Shown here: piece by piece, positions 49,445 to 59,541 of the stretch
Layout of the letters: each line of letters begins with the position of its first letter
Position numbering within the stretch: position 1 is the first letter of the stretch
Assembly (NCBI GenBank): GCA_965216465.1
Contig: CBDCFW010000006.1
Coordinates: forward strand, 1-64,000
Length of the DNA: 64,000 nt
Direction: 5' to 3'
DNA from: Bacteroidia bacterium
Lineage (GTDB): Bacteria; Bacteroidota; Bacteroidia; NS11-12g; UBA9320
Translations under genes and position numbers: made by a program
The notes under the pieces: model-generated
The model's database searches: none
Told to the model about the DNA's origin: nothing
Seen by the model: the letters and a program-made list of their open reading frames with translations, nothing else

Positions 49445-50959
49445 ATGCATACCACAAATTTAAAAGACAATGTTGGCAAGGAAGTAACCCTTAAAGGATG
49501 GGTTGCAAACAAAAGAGAAAGCAAAACTGTGGTTTTTGTTAATTTGAGAGATGGATTTGGCCTATGTCAATGCATTATGGGTCACAATGATATTGGCGAT
49601 GAGCAGTTTGAAGTTGCAAAATCACTTGGACTTGAAAGTTCAATAGCCGTTACCGGTATTGTGGTTGAAGATACTCGCCAAGTTGGAGGCTATGAAATTC
49701 ATGTAAGCTCTTTACATGTTTATCAAAATGCAAGTGATTATCCTATTGCGAAAAAAGAACACGGAGTTGAGTTTTTATTAGATAAGCGTCATCTTTGGTT
49801 ACGAAGTAGAAGACAATGGGCAATTATGCGTGTTAGAAATAACATCATTTATGCAATCCATAACTTCTTTCAGGGTGAAGGCTTTGTACAAATGGATGCA
49901 CCGATTTTTACGGGTAATGCTGCAGAAGGAACCACAGACCTTTTCGAGACCGATTATTTTGGAAAACCAGCTTATCTAACCCAATCTGGCCAGCTTTATG
50001 GTGAAGCAATGGCGTTGGCTATGGGTAAAATCTACACCTTCGGTCCAACATTTAGAGCTGAAAAGTCTAAGACCAGACGACACCTTTCAGAGTTTTGGAT
50101 GATTGAGCCAGAAATTGCATTCTGCGATATCTTTGAAAACATGGACGTAATCGAGAAGTTTTTACGTTCAGTGGTTACCGAAGTTGTTGAAAAAAGCAGT
50201 GAGGAGCTCGCAGTTCTTGAAAGAGATACTGACAAATTATTAACCGTTGCCAAAGAATTTCCACGTTTATCTTACGACGATGCAGTTGAAATCTTAAAAG
50301 GAAATAAAGATGTTGATGGTCAAAATTCCATTACTACATTAGAACAAGATCTTGCAGATGTAACCGCACGAATTGCAGAAGCTCAAGCTGAAATTGACGA
50401 GCGTGAAGCAAATATTGCGGCAGGAGGAATGAAGAAAGGTCAAATCAACTTTAACCAAAACAAAATTGACAGCTTGAAAAACGAAATCAAGCAATTGGAA
50501 GAAGATCAACGTAATATTCCAAACTGGATTAAATCAGCTCGTGATTTCGAATACGGAAATGATTTTGGAGGAAGCGATGAAACGGTTCTTACACGATTAT
50601 TTGACCTTCCAATCATGGTTTACGATTGGCCACATGAAATTAAAGCTTTTTACATGAAGCGTAATCCCGAAGATCCTCGTTTTGCTCGAGGAGTTGACGT
50701 ATTGGCTCCAGAAGGATATGGGGAAATTGTAGGTGGTGGAGAAAGAGAAACCAGTGAAGAATGGTTAAAAGAAAAGATTGAAGAGCACAAGCTTCCGATG
50801 GATGTGTTCGAATGGTATCTTGATTTAAGAAGGTATGGCTCAGTACCCCATAGTGGATTCGGTTTAGGACTTGAGCGATTGGTTGCTTGGATTTGTAAAT
50901 TAGATCACGTTCGTGAAACTATTCCTTTCCCACGCTATTATGGAAGATTGGAGCCGTAA
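49445..50959 (+). CDS. asnS: Asparagine--tRNA ligase with an internal coiled-coil insertion
   Basis: RHLWLRS, YLTQSGQLY, GPTFRAEKSKTRRHLSEFWMIEPE, GEIVGGGERE, PHSGFGLGLER; start at ATG 49445. Confidence 0.96.
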   Translation: MHTTNLKDNVGKEVTLKGWVANKRESKTVVFVNLRDGFGLCQCIMGHNDIGDEQFEVAKSLGLESSIAVTGIVVEDTRQVGGYEIHVSSLHVYQNASDYPIAKKEHGVEFLLDKRHLWLRSRRQWAIMRVRNNIIYAIHNFFQGEGFVQMDAPIFTGNAAEGTTDLFETDYFGKPAYLTQSGQLYGEAMALAMGKIYTFGPTFRAEKSKTRRHLSEFWMIEPEIAFCDIFENMDVIEKFLRSVVTEVVEKSSEELAVLERDTDKLLTVAKEFPRLSYDDAVEILKGNKDVDGQNSITTLEQDLADVTARIAEAQAEIDEREANIAAGGMKKGQINFNQNKIDSLKNEIKQLEEDQRNIPNWIKSARDFEYGNDFGGSDETVLTRLFDLPIMVYDWPHEIKAFYMKRNPEDPRFARGVDVLAPEGYGEIVGGGERETSEEWLKEKIEEHKLPMDVFEWYLDLRRYGSVPHSGFGLGLERLVAWICKLDHVRETIPFPRYYGRLEP

Positions 50960-51457
50960 TTATTTTACATACGTGCTAAACTCAAAAGCAAACTCATTGG
51001 TTTCTGTTTGCTCATAAGATTGACTGTTTTGAACAGTCCAAGCAGAGAGATCAACTTCTGGAAAGAAAGTATCAGCATCTTCAAAAGTGCAGTCAACATG
51101 TGAAATGTACATCTTATCAACTTTATCAAGAGCCTGACGATAGATTTCTGCTCCTCCAAGAATAAAGATTTCACCTTTTTGCTCAAGAACATGTGCAAGC
51201 TCAAGAGCTTCATCGAGAGAATGTGCCAAGAAAGCCCCTTTGGGCTGATAGTCTCGATTTCTGGTAATTACAATATTGGTTCTATTGGGAAGTGGTTTAC
51301 CTATAGACTCGAAAGACTTTCTTCCGTGAATCACCACATGTCCGTTTGTTGTTGCCTTAAAGAGTTTGAGGTCATCACGAATGTGCCATAGAAGCTGATT
51401 GTTTTTACCAATTGCCCAGTTTTTAGCTATTGCTACGATAAGCGAAATCTTATTCAC
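50960..51457 (-). CDS. folA: Dihydrofolate reductase
   Basis: IGKNNQLLWH, GRKSFESIGKPLPNRTNIV, ILGGAEIY, ADTFFP. Confidence 0.97.
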   Translation of the reverse strand: MNKISLIVAIAKNWAIGKNNQLLWHIRDDLKLFKATTNGHVVIHGRKSFESIGKPLPNRTNIVITRNRDYQPKGAFLAHSLDEALELAHVLEQKGEIFILGGAEIYRQALDKVDKMYISHVDCTFEDADTFFPEVDLSAWTVQNSQSYEQTETNEFAFEFSTYVK

Positions 51458-51468
51458 AGGTGCAAATT

Positions 51469-51499
51469 AAAAAAGCCCAAGCGAATGCTTGAGCTTTTT
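51469..51499 (-). terminator. Rho-independent terminator after the outer-membrane protein gene
   Basis: AAAAAGC-C-CAAGC-GAAT-GCTTG-A-GCTTTTT hairpin about 20 nt downstream of the stop at 51521. Confidence 0.7.
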
Positions 51500-51520
51500 A
51501 TCCAATATTTTGGTGAAGGA

Positions 51521-52336
51521 TTATCCTCCGATTGTTAATTTGATACCGAGGTTAATACCCATGGAACCATATGACGTTTTTGACGCCACTTCCTTCATAG
51601 GCAAACTGTCATCATCGTTGTCGCCATGATTAACAACATCAACATATTCAGTTTTTCTTTCTTGAACTGTCTCATACTCATCTTCTAAAGAATTACCATC
51701 ATCATCCTTATAGGATATGATTTCGCTTGAACCTGATTTTATCATGAGCGAAATTGCCTGAAATTCTCCGAAAAACACAAGGCCATCAGACAACTCCAAG
51801 TTGAAACCAATTGCACCTACACCACCAATGGAAAAAGCACCACTAGTTTCTGTTACTTCTTCAACGCCGTCCAGTTCGGAAGTCATAGTTACAGTGGTCT
51901 TACCTCCAACGGGTAGAACAGCTCCCACTCTACCATACAATCCAGTTTCTCCATTGTGAAACACAACTGAAGGCATAAATCTTATTTGATTTGATTTTGC
52001 CATAACTACAACATTGTCGATTCCTTGAAGTGTCGGAAAATTAAAGTTGGCAACTTCAAGTTCACTGCCAATTCTGTACTCAAAATTAGCATCTACAGAG
52101 ATATTATCTGTTATTCCTAATCCTACTCCAAATGTTATTGGTATAGCTCCACCTGCCGAGTAATTATGAGCTGTTTCAGTCAATTCTCCATTTCCAGATA
52201 ATTCATTCATAATTCCAGCTTCATTTCCGAAAGCCCCTCCATGAAATCCTAGGCCCAAGTTTGCCGTAAGTTGTGCAGAAGCAAACGAAGCAATCCCCAA
52301 TGCCACTGCGGTTAATAGAATGTTTAATTTTTTCAT
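51521..52336 (-). CDS. Outer-membrane beta-barrel protein
   Basis: Signal peptide (ASFASA/Q), amphipathic strands, terminal strand GINLGIKLTI. Confidence 0.8.
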   Translation of the reverse strand: MKKLNILLTAVALGIASFASAQLTANLGLGFHGGAFGNEAGIMNELSGNGELTETAHNYSAGGAIPITFGVGLGITDNISVDANFEYRIGSELEVANFNFPTLQGIDNVVVMAKSNQIRFMPSVVFHNGETGLYGRVGAVLPVGGKTTVTMTSELDGVEEVTETSGAFSIGGVGAIGFNLELSDGLVFFGEFQAISLMIKSGSSEIISYKDDDGNSLEDEYETVQERKTEYVDVVNHGDNDDDSLPMKEVASKTSYGSMGINLGIKLTIGG

Positions 52337-52515
52337 ATTTTGTAAGTTTTTGACGATTAAAAAATCGATAATTCGATTACAATATAGTGAATATCAAGTG
52401 CTTTGAATTTTTCAGTTATCAACATACTTGTAGGGTTAAAGCTCTTACAAATCAAAAAAGAATATGACAACAATGGCTAGGAGACTTCCCAAAGAATAGT
52501 AATATTGCTTAGCGA

Positions 52516-53145
52516 ATGACAGCGTCAACAAATATTTCTTTTGAGAATAAGGGAGCGGCGTACACGCTTGGTAATCAAGGTGACAAGCTCATTTTTGTTT
52601 TGCACGGTTACGGTCAACTAGCCAAATATTTCATCCAGAAATTCGACAAAATTGTTGAGCTGGGCTACAACGTGGTTGCCCCAGAAGGTTTGCATCGATT
52701 TTACCTCAAAGGCAATAGTGGACGAGTTGGTGCCAGCTGGATGACTAAAGAAAATCGAGAGTTAGATATTGCCAATTACATCAGCTACCTTAATGAAGTA
52801 TATCGGCAAGTCAAAAAACAAAAGAAATGGAACAAAATTGTGGTGCTAGGTTTTAGTCAAGGTGTGGCAACGGCTTTTCGGTGGGTGGCAGATGGACAAA
52901 TAAAACCCAATCAACTGTTGATCTGCAGTGGAATGATCCCGCCTGATGTTAATCTAGAAGAAAACAGTGCTGTATTCGACTCAATTGATATGACCTACTT
53001 TACTGGAAAGCAAGATCCTTTCAGAACAGAGGAGGCGGTTGTTAGTTTCCAAGCAAGGCTCAAATCATTTAACCACCCCATTGAAGTCATAGAATTTGAT
53101 GGTGTTCATGAAGTTAATGTTGATGAAGTGCTAAAATTCCTTTAG
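52516..53145 (+). CDS. Alpha/beta hydrolase (phospholipase/carboxylesterase family)
   Basis: LHGYG oxyanion motif, GFSQG nucleophile elbow, D and H triad candidates (QDP, GVHE). Confidence 0.9.
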   Translation: MTASTNISFENKGAAYTLGNQGDKLIFVLHGYGQLAKYFIQKFDKIVELGYNVVAPEGLHRFYLKGNSGRVGASWMTKENRELDIANYISYLNEVYRQVKKQKKWNKIVVLGFSQGVATAFRWVADGQIKPNQLLICSGMIPPDVNLEENSAVFDSIDMTYFTGKQDPFRTEEAVVSFQARLKSFNHPIEVIEFDGVHEVNVDEVLKFL

Positions 53146-53979
53146 ACTCAAATCTAAGCTTTTCACAGAGTGCGTAAGAGCTCCAACTGAAATGAAATCA
53201 ACCCCAGTTTCTGCATAGCTTCGAATAGTGTCTTCTGTAATTCCTCCGCTTGCTTCTGTTTCACATTGCCCGTTCACTAGTTTAACCCCTTTCACCATTA
53301 ATTCAGGTGAGAAGTTATCAAACATAATGCGATCAACATGACCTGTGGCTAATGCTTCCTTAACTTCTTCTAAGTTTCGCGTCTCTACTTCAATTTGAAG
53401 TGATTTCCCTTTCTTATTTAGGTATTTGACGGTTTGATTAACAGCAGCTGTAATTCCACCAGCGTAGTCGTTGTGATTGTCTTTCAGCATTACCATGTCG
53501 TACAATCCAATTCTGTGATTTTCTCCTCCACCAAGTTTTACGGCGTACTTTTCAAACACGCGTAGACCAGGAGTAGTTTTTCGGGTATCTAACAGCCGAG
53601 CACCTGTCCCCTCAATTTTGTCTACCAAACGTTTGGTAATAGTTGATATCCCACTCATGCGTTGCATGAAATTCAGCATTAGGCGTTCAGCTTGTAAGAT
53701 GCTGTGTACATTACCCTCAACTGTAAAAGCAATATCCCCTTGGGTCACTTCACTTCCTTCATCAATAAATCGATTGAACACCACCTGCTCATCGATTTTT
53801 TTCATGATATGCTCAGCTAAATGTATTCCGGCTATAACTCCTTGGTCTTTCACCAATAATCGAGCTTTGCCTTGTACCCCATTTGTAATTGACCCCGCAC
53901 TGGAATGATCACCATCGCCAATGTCTTCTAATATCGCTAGGTCAATAATATTACTTACGAATGGATCGCTGAAATTCAT
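53131..53979 (-). CDS. nadC: Carboxylating nicotinate-nucleotide diphosphorylase
   Basis: LDTRKTTPGLR, NHRIGLYD, LKDNH, EASGGI, ISVGALTHS. Confidence 0.97.
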   Translation of the reverse strand: MNFSDPFVSNIIDLAILEDIGDGDHSSAGSITNGVQGKARLLVKDQGVIAGIHLAEHIMKKIDEQVVFNRFIDEGSEVTQGDIAFTVEGNVHSILQAERLMLNFMQRMSGISTITKRLVDKIEGTGARLLDTRKTTPGLRVFEKYAVKLGGGENHRIGLYDMVMLKDNHNDYAGGITAAVNQTVKYLNKKGKSLQIEVETRNLEEVKEALATGHVDRIMFDNFSPELMVKGVKLVNGQCETEASGGITEDTIRSYAETGVDFISVGALTHSVKSLDLSLKEF

Positions 53980-53983
53980 ACAG

Positions 53984-53991
53984 CAAAGCTA
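53984..53991 (-). promoter_or_regulatory. Bacteroidota -7 promoter box (TAGCTTTG) for nadC
   Basis: Consensus box 4 nt upstream of the ATG. Confidence 0.55.
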
Positions 53992-54051
53992 AATCTATTT
54001 CATCTATATTTTTGGAATACTTTTGAAGAAATTTAATGCCAAAAACACTAC

Positions 54052-54756
54052 ATGCCTAATAACTTGTTCTTCGATCTTGACCACACCATTTGGGACTTCG
54101 AGACCAATGCAAATGAAACGCTTCGTGAGCTGTATCATTTCTATGAACTTCACAAGTTTTCTTCAAATTCTGAAGACGACTTCTTGGCGATTTACCACAA
54201 GAACAATGACAAGCTTTGGGACCTGTATCGCCAGCATAAAATTGAAAAGCCGCTGTTGCGCACCAAACGCTTTACCGATACCTTTATAGAAATGGGTGTG
54301 AAAGAAGCCGATGTTCCTACTTCAATTTGGGACCACTACCTTGAAGTTTGTCCAACAAAAACCGCATTGATACCAGGAGCAATTGAAACCCTCGATTATT
54401 TGGCTTCTCGTTACCGACTTCATCTAATTACAAATGGTTTTGCTGAAACGCAACGCAGAAAACTTAAAAACTCCAGGTTAGATCATTATTTTGATACATT
54501 GACCATTTCTGAAGAGGTTGGTGTTCAAAAACCTCATCCTCTAATCTTTTCTACTGCACTTAAGAATGCGGGCAGCAAAGAATCTACCAGCACCTATGTT
54601 GGTGACAATGAAATTGCTGATGTAATGGGTGGATTAAATTCTGGGTGGAAGGTATTTTGGTACAATCCAATGAACAAAGATTTATCAAGTGATTTGGTTG
54701 CAAATGCCAATTTGCGGTTTTTGAGTCACCTTACCGAACTAAAAAATCATCTATGA
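54052..54756 (+). CDS. YjjG-family HAD noncanonical pyrimidine nucleotidase
   Basis: FFDLDHTIWDF, ITNG, KPHP, YVGD. Confidence 0.9.
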   Translation: MPNNLFFDLDHTIWDFETNANETLRELYHFYELHKFSSNSEDDFLAIYHKNNDKLWDLYRQHKIEKPLLRTKRFTDTFIEMGVKEADVPTSIWDHYLEVCPTKTALIPGAIETLDYLASRYRLHLITNGFAETQRRKLKNSRLDHYFDTLTISEEVGVQKPHPLIFSTALKNAGSKESTSTYVGDNEIADVMGGLNSGWKVFWYNPMNKDLSSDLVANANLRFLSHLTELKNHL

Positions 54757-55749
54757 TTATTTGTTCATCATAAGCCACAACTTATCTTTAAGTTGTTGGA
54801 TGTTGAATCCGGATACCGACGAGATAAATAGATGCTCACAGTCGAGATCAAGTTCACTTTCCATTTCATTTTTGAGTTCATCATCAAGCATATCTGCTTT
54901 CGTGATAGCAACTATGCGGTCTTTAAACAGCAGTTCTTTGTTGAACTTTTCAAGTTCGGTTAGCAGAATTCGGTACTCTTTGTTAATGTCATCACTGTCT
55001 GCAGGAATCATAAACAGCAGAGCTGCATTACGCTCTATGTGGCGTAAGAATCGATGTCCCAGACCTTTACCTTCACTAGCACCTTCTATAATACCTGGAA
55101 TATCTGCTACTATAAACGACTTAAACTCATGGTACTTTACAATACCCAGGTTTGGAGTTAAAGTTGTAAATGCATAATCGGCAATTTCAGGCTTTGCAGC
55201 AGAAACTACAGATAAGAAAGTAGATTTTCCTGCATTGGGGAAACCAACTAAACCTACATCGGCAAGTACTTTCAATTCCAGAATCTTCCACTCTTCCTTT
55301 CCCGGTTCACCCGGCTGGGCATATTTAGGGGCCTGATTGGTTGGGCTTTTAAAATGAGAATTTCCTAGTCCGCCCCTCCCACCTTCAACCAGCGTCATTT
55401 TTTGACCGTCTTCGGTAATTTCACCCAGCACTTCAAAAGTCTCTGGATCTTTAACAACTGTTCCTAATGGAACTTCAACGATTTGGTTTTGGCCAGATTT
55501 TCCCGTTTTATGTTTTTTGCCCCCATTGGCTCCATTCTCGCAAAAAACATGGCGTTTGTATTTGAGATGTAGCAAGGTCCAAAGTTGAGCATTTCCTTTT
55601 AAAATAACAGAACCTCCTTTACCTCCATCACCTCCGTCTGGACCACCTTTACTATTCAGGTTGTCGCGAAAAAAACTGTGGCTACCCGCACCTCCTTTGC
55701 CACTTCTGCAGCAAATTTTTACGTAGTCGATGAAGTTCTGATTGCTCAT
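54757..55749 (-). CDS. obgE: GTPase ObgE/CgtA
   Basis: Gly-rich Obg fold [32 protein letters not shown]. Confidence 0.97.
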   Translation of the reverse strand: MSNQNFIDYVKICCRSGKGGAGSHSFFRDNLNSKGGPDGGDGGKGGSVILKGNAQLWTLLHLKYKRHVFCENGANGGKKHKTGKSGQNQIVEVPLGTVVKDPETFEVLGEITEDGQKMTLVEGGRGGLGNSHFKSPTNQAPKYAQPGEPGKEEWKILELKVLADVGLVGFPNAGKSTFLSVVSAAKPEIADYAFTTLTPNLGIVKYHEFKSFIVADIPGIIEGASEGKGLGHRFLRHIERNAALLFMIPADSDDINKEYRILLTELEKFNKELLFKDRIVAITKADMLDDELKNEMESELDLDCEHLFISSVSGFNIQQLKDKLWLMMNK

Positions 55750-55754
55750 GGCAA

Positions 55755-56333
55755 TTATCCTATTTTAGCGTCAATGGCATGGCAAAGACGATCAAATATT
55801 TCGTCGATTGAACCCATACCGTGTACTCCTACATACTTATCTTGATCGGAGTAGTATTTAGCTAGCGGAGATGTTTCATCTTCGTAAACACGAAAACGAT
55901 TTCTTATTGTATTTTCATCTTGATCATCAGCTCTTCCACTTGTTTTTCCTCTTTCAAGTAAACGTTTAACAAGCTCATCTTCTTCTACTTCAAGGGCTAC
56001 CATCATAGAAATTTCCTTCCCAGATTTAGCTAATAATTGATCAAGTGCATTTCCTTGTGCAATTGTTCTAGGGTAACCATCAAAGATTACACCGTTCGGA
56101 TTAGGGTTTCGTTCAAGAAAATCTGCCACCATATTATTAGTGACTTCATCAGGAACCAATTCTCCTTTATCGATATAACTTTTTGCAAGTTTACCTAGCT
56201 CTGTATCGTTCTTCATATTATATCTGAACACATCCCCAGTTGAAAGATGAGTAACCCCATACTTTTCAATTATCTTCTCGCTTTGTGTTCCTTTTCCGGC
56301 ACCTGGAGGGCCAAATAAAATGATATTCAACAT
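55755..56333 (-). CDS. adk: Adenylate kinase (short form)
   Basis: [28 protein letters not shown]. Confidence 0.97.
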   Translation of the reverse strand: MLNIILFGPPGAGKGTQSEKIIEKYGVTHLSTGDVFRYNMKNDTELGKLAKSYIDKGELVPDEVTNNMVADFLERNPNPNGVIFDGYPRTIAQGNALDQLLAKSGKEISMMVALEVEEDELVKRLLERGKTSGRADDQDENTIRNRFRVYEDETSPLAKYYSDQDKYVGVHGMGSIDEIFDRLCHAIDAKIG

Positions 56334-56350
56334 ACTTTATATTGTTGCGG

Positions 56351-56358
56351 CAAAGTTA
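56351..56358 (-). promoter_or_regulatory. Bacteroidota -7 promoter box (TAACTTTG) for adk-obgE
   Basis: Consensus box 17 nt upstream of the adk ATG. Confidence 0.55.
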
Positions 56359-56400
56359 TACCGTTTGGTAAAACATGCTTAGATTATTTCCACATTCCTT

Positions 56401-57885
56401 CTACTTTCTTAGGACAAGATTCTTTGCTTTCCCGTACAAACGATTGAGCTCATCCGAAACATTCAATTTAAGAACAATGAAGGTGTATGCAACAAGCACC
56501 GCTCCAGGCCAAACTGTTAAATTAAGCCAAACATTTTCGAATCGAGGTGCGAATTGAATTGCTGCAAAGATGACTATGCCTAAAATTAGAATTTTGAGCG
56601 TATCAACTGAAAAAGGTTCTAATTTAAATCGAATCTTTAGGTACAAATACTTCAATAAGTTGAATAAGAATATTGAGATTAAGGTAGAAACGGCTGCACC
56701 TTCTATACCATATATTGGGATTAGGTAGACGTTTAGAACAACATTTACAAATGAAAGAAAGAGAAGAAACACGAAATACATCACATACTTCTCAGACATT
56801 GACAAGATTTGACTGTTCAAGCCTGAGACCATATCTACCAATTTTGAACCCGCCAAAATCAGTATTACATATTTCCCTGCAGCAAACTGATCTCCTTTGG
56901 GCATAATTTCAAATATACCATCTAATGCAGACCACATAATAAGAAAGACTCCAAGCCCAAGTACAAAAAGATTAATTGATGATTTCTTGTACATCGTATT
57001 AATGCTATCCAATTCGTTTTTAGCCCAATGACCAGCAATTAGTGGTGAACTTATAGATGAAATAAGAGTTAGTGGAATGATAATAGTGTTCGAAACAAAC
57101 ATTGCTACACTGTAAATACCATTCTCAAATGTATTCTGAATAGACGTCACCATTACGGTGTCAATTCGTGTAGCTAAATGGCTCCCTAATCCAGCCAACA
57201 CCCCAAAAAGAGCATATCTCATTATTCCTAAGAACTCACCTTTTGGAATATTTTTGACCATTGAAAAGTCAACTCCTATATTTCCTATTTTTCGGAGGTA
57301 AACAATAAATACTCCCAACATAAGAAGGTGATGAGCAACAAGGCCATACAATAAAGCTTCAAACGAGATATATTGAAAAAAGTAAAGCAAACACAAAATT
57401 GGAAGTGTTACTTTAATCAAATTATTCAATACGGATGGAACTGCAATTCTTTTTAGATTAGAGCAGAAACTGTTGGCTAATGATGAAAATGACATCACTA
57501 TAGTGAGCATAACCAGCAGCTTTATGGCCAAAGGGCTTACACCAGAGTGCGTTGTGTAGTAGTCAATTAGACCCTCATTAAATAAGAAGTATACCAATAA
57601 CAGTAGTATTCCACTAAAGAAAGGTGGAAGCATTATGAATGTAAAAAATGCCGAATTCTTCCCTTCTTCAACATACTTAGAAAAGTACTTGTAAGAAACT
57701 GCAGTAAAGCCAAATACCATAAAAGGTACTAGCATAGCAGCTGTTTGAAGTACAAACTGAATTTCCCCTAATTCCTCAATTTCAAGCGTTGAAGGATAGA
57801 TTATGATTGTATTCAATACTCCAAGTGCCGTGGCCAGGTAGCTTACCAGACTTGACTTTGCACCTTGTCGTATAATTACTCCCAT
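56401..57885 (-). CDS. Polysaccharide flippase (Wzx/MATE-like)
   Basis: 12-14 TM helices, MGVIIRQ start, RIDTVMV, GIYSVA, LIPIYGIEGAA. Confidence 0.9.
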   Translation of the reverse strand: MGVIIRQGAKSSLVSYLATALGVLNTIIIYPSTLEIEELGEIQFVLQTAAMLVPFMVFGFTAVSYKYFSKYVEEGKNSAFFTFIMLPPFFSGILLLLVYFLFNEGLIDYYTTHSGVSPLAIKLLVMLTIVMSFSSLANSFCSNLKRIAVPSVLNNLIKVTLPILCLLYFFQYISFEALLYGLVAHHLLMLGVFIVYLRKIGNIGVDFSMVKNIPKGEFLGIMRYALFGVLAGLGSHLATRIDTVMVTSIQNTFENGIYSVAMFVSNTIIIPLTLISSISSPLIAGHWAKNELDSINTMYKKSSINLFVLGLGVFLIMWSALDGIFEIMPKGDQFAAGKYVILILAGSKLVDMVSGLNSQILSMSEKYVMYFVFLLFLSFVNVVLNVYLIPIYGIEGAAVSTLISIFLFNLLKYLYLKIRFKLEPFSVDTLKILILGIVIFAAIQFAPRFENVWLNLTVWPGAVLVAYTFIVLKLNVSDELNRLYGKAKNLVLRK

Positions 57886-57886
57886 T

Positions 57887-58621
57887 TTAGTAGTCTAGGT
57901 CCAACAGAGCACCTCCAATACCTCCATTGTACTGAATATCTGAGCCATTTAGAAAGCGGTTATTGGATGAAACCAGAGTGCATATGAAATCTGCTAATGA
58001 TTTTGGACTTCCCAAGGTTTGAGAGGGGTGTATTTCAGCCAATTCATCTAGCTTATCTTGATTATAATCAAAGCCTTCTTTTAACATTTCAGTTTCTATA
58101 GCAGCTGGGCTCACTGAGTTTACTGTAATTCGCCCTTTGAATTCTACCGCAAGTGATTTTGTTAGCCCTACAAGTGCCGCTTTCGAGGTTGCATAGGCAA
58201 AAAAACCAGGTTTTGTGAGGTTTGCATGGATGCTGGCAATATTTAAAATCTGTCCCTTTTGCTCCGTCAAACTTGCGACAAAGGCTTTACTAAGCATAAA
58301 GGCAGAAGTTAAATTGACATTCATGGTGGTGTTCCACATTTCAACACTGAATTCTTCTATCTTCCCAAGTATTTGAGTCGCTGCATTATTAATCAAAACT
58401 TCAGGGCTGTATTCAGCGAGTTCTACCAATACTTTAGCCTGATAATCCGTATCTGAAATTAAGCGATTTAGATCTAGAGGTTGATATGCATTGCAGAAAT
58501 TATGTGTCGGCTCATCTGCTTTATCTGAAGCTATTACATAATATCCTTTTGCAGTGAACGCCTCGCACAGGGCACTTCCAATGCCACCATTTGCTCCCGA
58601 TATAAATATGCTCTTTATCAT
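57887..58621 (-). CDS. Short-chain dehydrogenase/reductase
   Basis: SGANGGIG, NNAA, YATSK catalytic motif. Confidence 0.93.
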   Translation of the reverse strand: MIKSIFISGANGGIGSALCEAFTAKGYYVIASDKADEPTHNFCNAYQPLDLNRLISDTDYQAKVLVELAEYSPEVLINNAATQILGKIEEFSVEMWNTTMNVNLTSAFMLSKAFVASLTEQKGQILNIASIHANLTKPGFFAYATSKAALVGLTKSLAVEFKGRITVNSVSPAAIETEMLKEGFDYNQDKLDELAEIHPSQTLGSPKSLADFICTLVSSNNRFLNGSDIQYNGGIGGALLDLDY

Positions 58622-59541
58622 TTAATTCCAAGATATTCAAACAACGTAGCTATCGCTTTGTAACTTGTTTTATCTACAGCTTCTTTTGTGTTTGAACCGT
58701 TATGACTTCCAAACATACAATTTTCAAACTCATTTAGCGGAGAAGTTGTCGACAGTGGTTCTACTTCAAACACATCTAACCCCGCACCTGCAATACCATT
58801 TCTTTTTAAACATTGTACGAGCGCATCCTCGTCAATTAATGGGCCACGGGATACATTAACGATGTAACATGTTTCTTTCAATTTTCTAAGAATGTCGTCA
58901 TTGATCAGGTGGTGCGTTGATGGATTTAATGCACAAGCCAAAAAGAGATAGTCTAAGTCTTCAACTCCTTCTGGAAACTGCTTAACCGGTACACCGTAGT
59001 CGGATTCTGCAAAAGGGTCGTAGGCACAAACATCCATATCAAATGCTTTTAATTTTCTTGCAATTCCTTTTCCAATATCGCCAAATCCTACAACACCAAC
59101 TTTCTTTCCAACCGTTGAATTACCAACAGGTTTAATCCAATTTCCTTTTCGAACTTCACGATCTATGATGTGCAGTTTTCGAGTTAGGTTTAGCATCAGA
59201 CCAATCGCAACATCCGACACTTCATTACCGAACATTCCAGGGGTATTCGTAATAGGGATATTCAATCGCTTGCAAGCGTCAAAATCTACATTATCGACAC
59301 CCACTCCCCATTTTACCGCTGCCTTAAGATTTCCTTTAACCCCAGCTTCAAATACATTTGAATTGGCCGGATCATCTCCGATAATCCAACCATCCATTGT
59401 TGGTACCAATTCGATTAATTCTTCTTCCGTTAAAACTTGAACGACGTTTGGTGCTATTAATTCAACACCTTTTTCTTCAAACAAATGACGATAATCATCA
59501 ATTTGTTTTAACATCGGAGGACAAGTAACTAGTATTCTCAT
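58618..59541 (-). CDS. D-isomer-specific 2-hydroxyacid dehydrogenase (SerA-like, no ACT domain)
   Basis: WGVGVDNVD, TNTPG, GFGDIG, NVSRG, LDVFEVEP, SHNGS. Confidence 0.92.
   Translation of the reverse strand: MRILVTCPPMLKQIDDYRHLFEEKGVELIAPNVVQVLTEEELIELVPTMDGWIIGDDPANSNVFEAGVKGNLKAAVKWGVGVDNVDFDACKRLNIPITNTPGMFGNEVSDVAIGLMLNLTRKLHIIDREVRKGNWIKPVGNSTVGKKVGVVGFGDIGKGIARKLKAFDMDVCAYDPFAESDYGVPVKQFPEGVEDLDYLFLACALNPSTHHLINDDILRKLKETCYIVNVSRGPLIDEDALVQCLKRNGIAGAGLDVFEVEPLSTTSPLNEFENCMFGSHNGSNTKEAVDKTSYKAIATLFEYLGIK

Noticed and set aside
50300-50545. AsnRS insertion as an intein or intron
   Set aside because: No N-terminal Cys/Ser with a terminal His-Asn pair, too short, and the sequence is coiled-coil-like in an open frame
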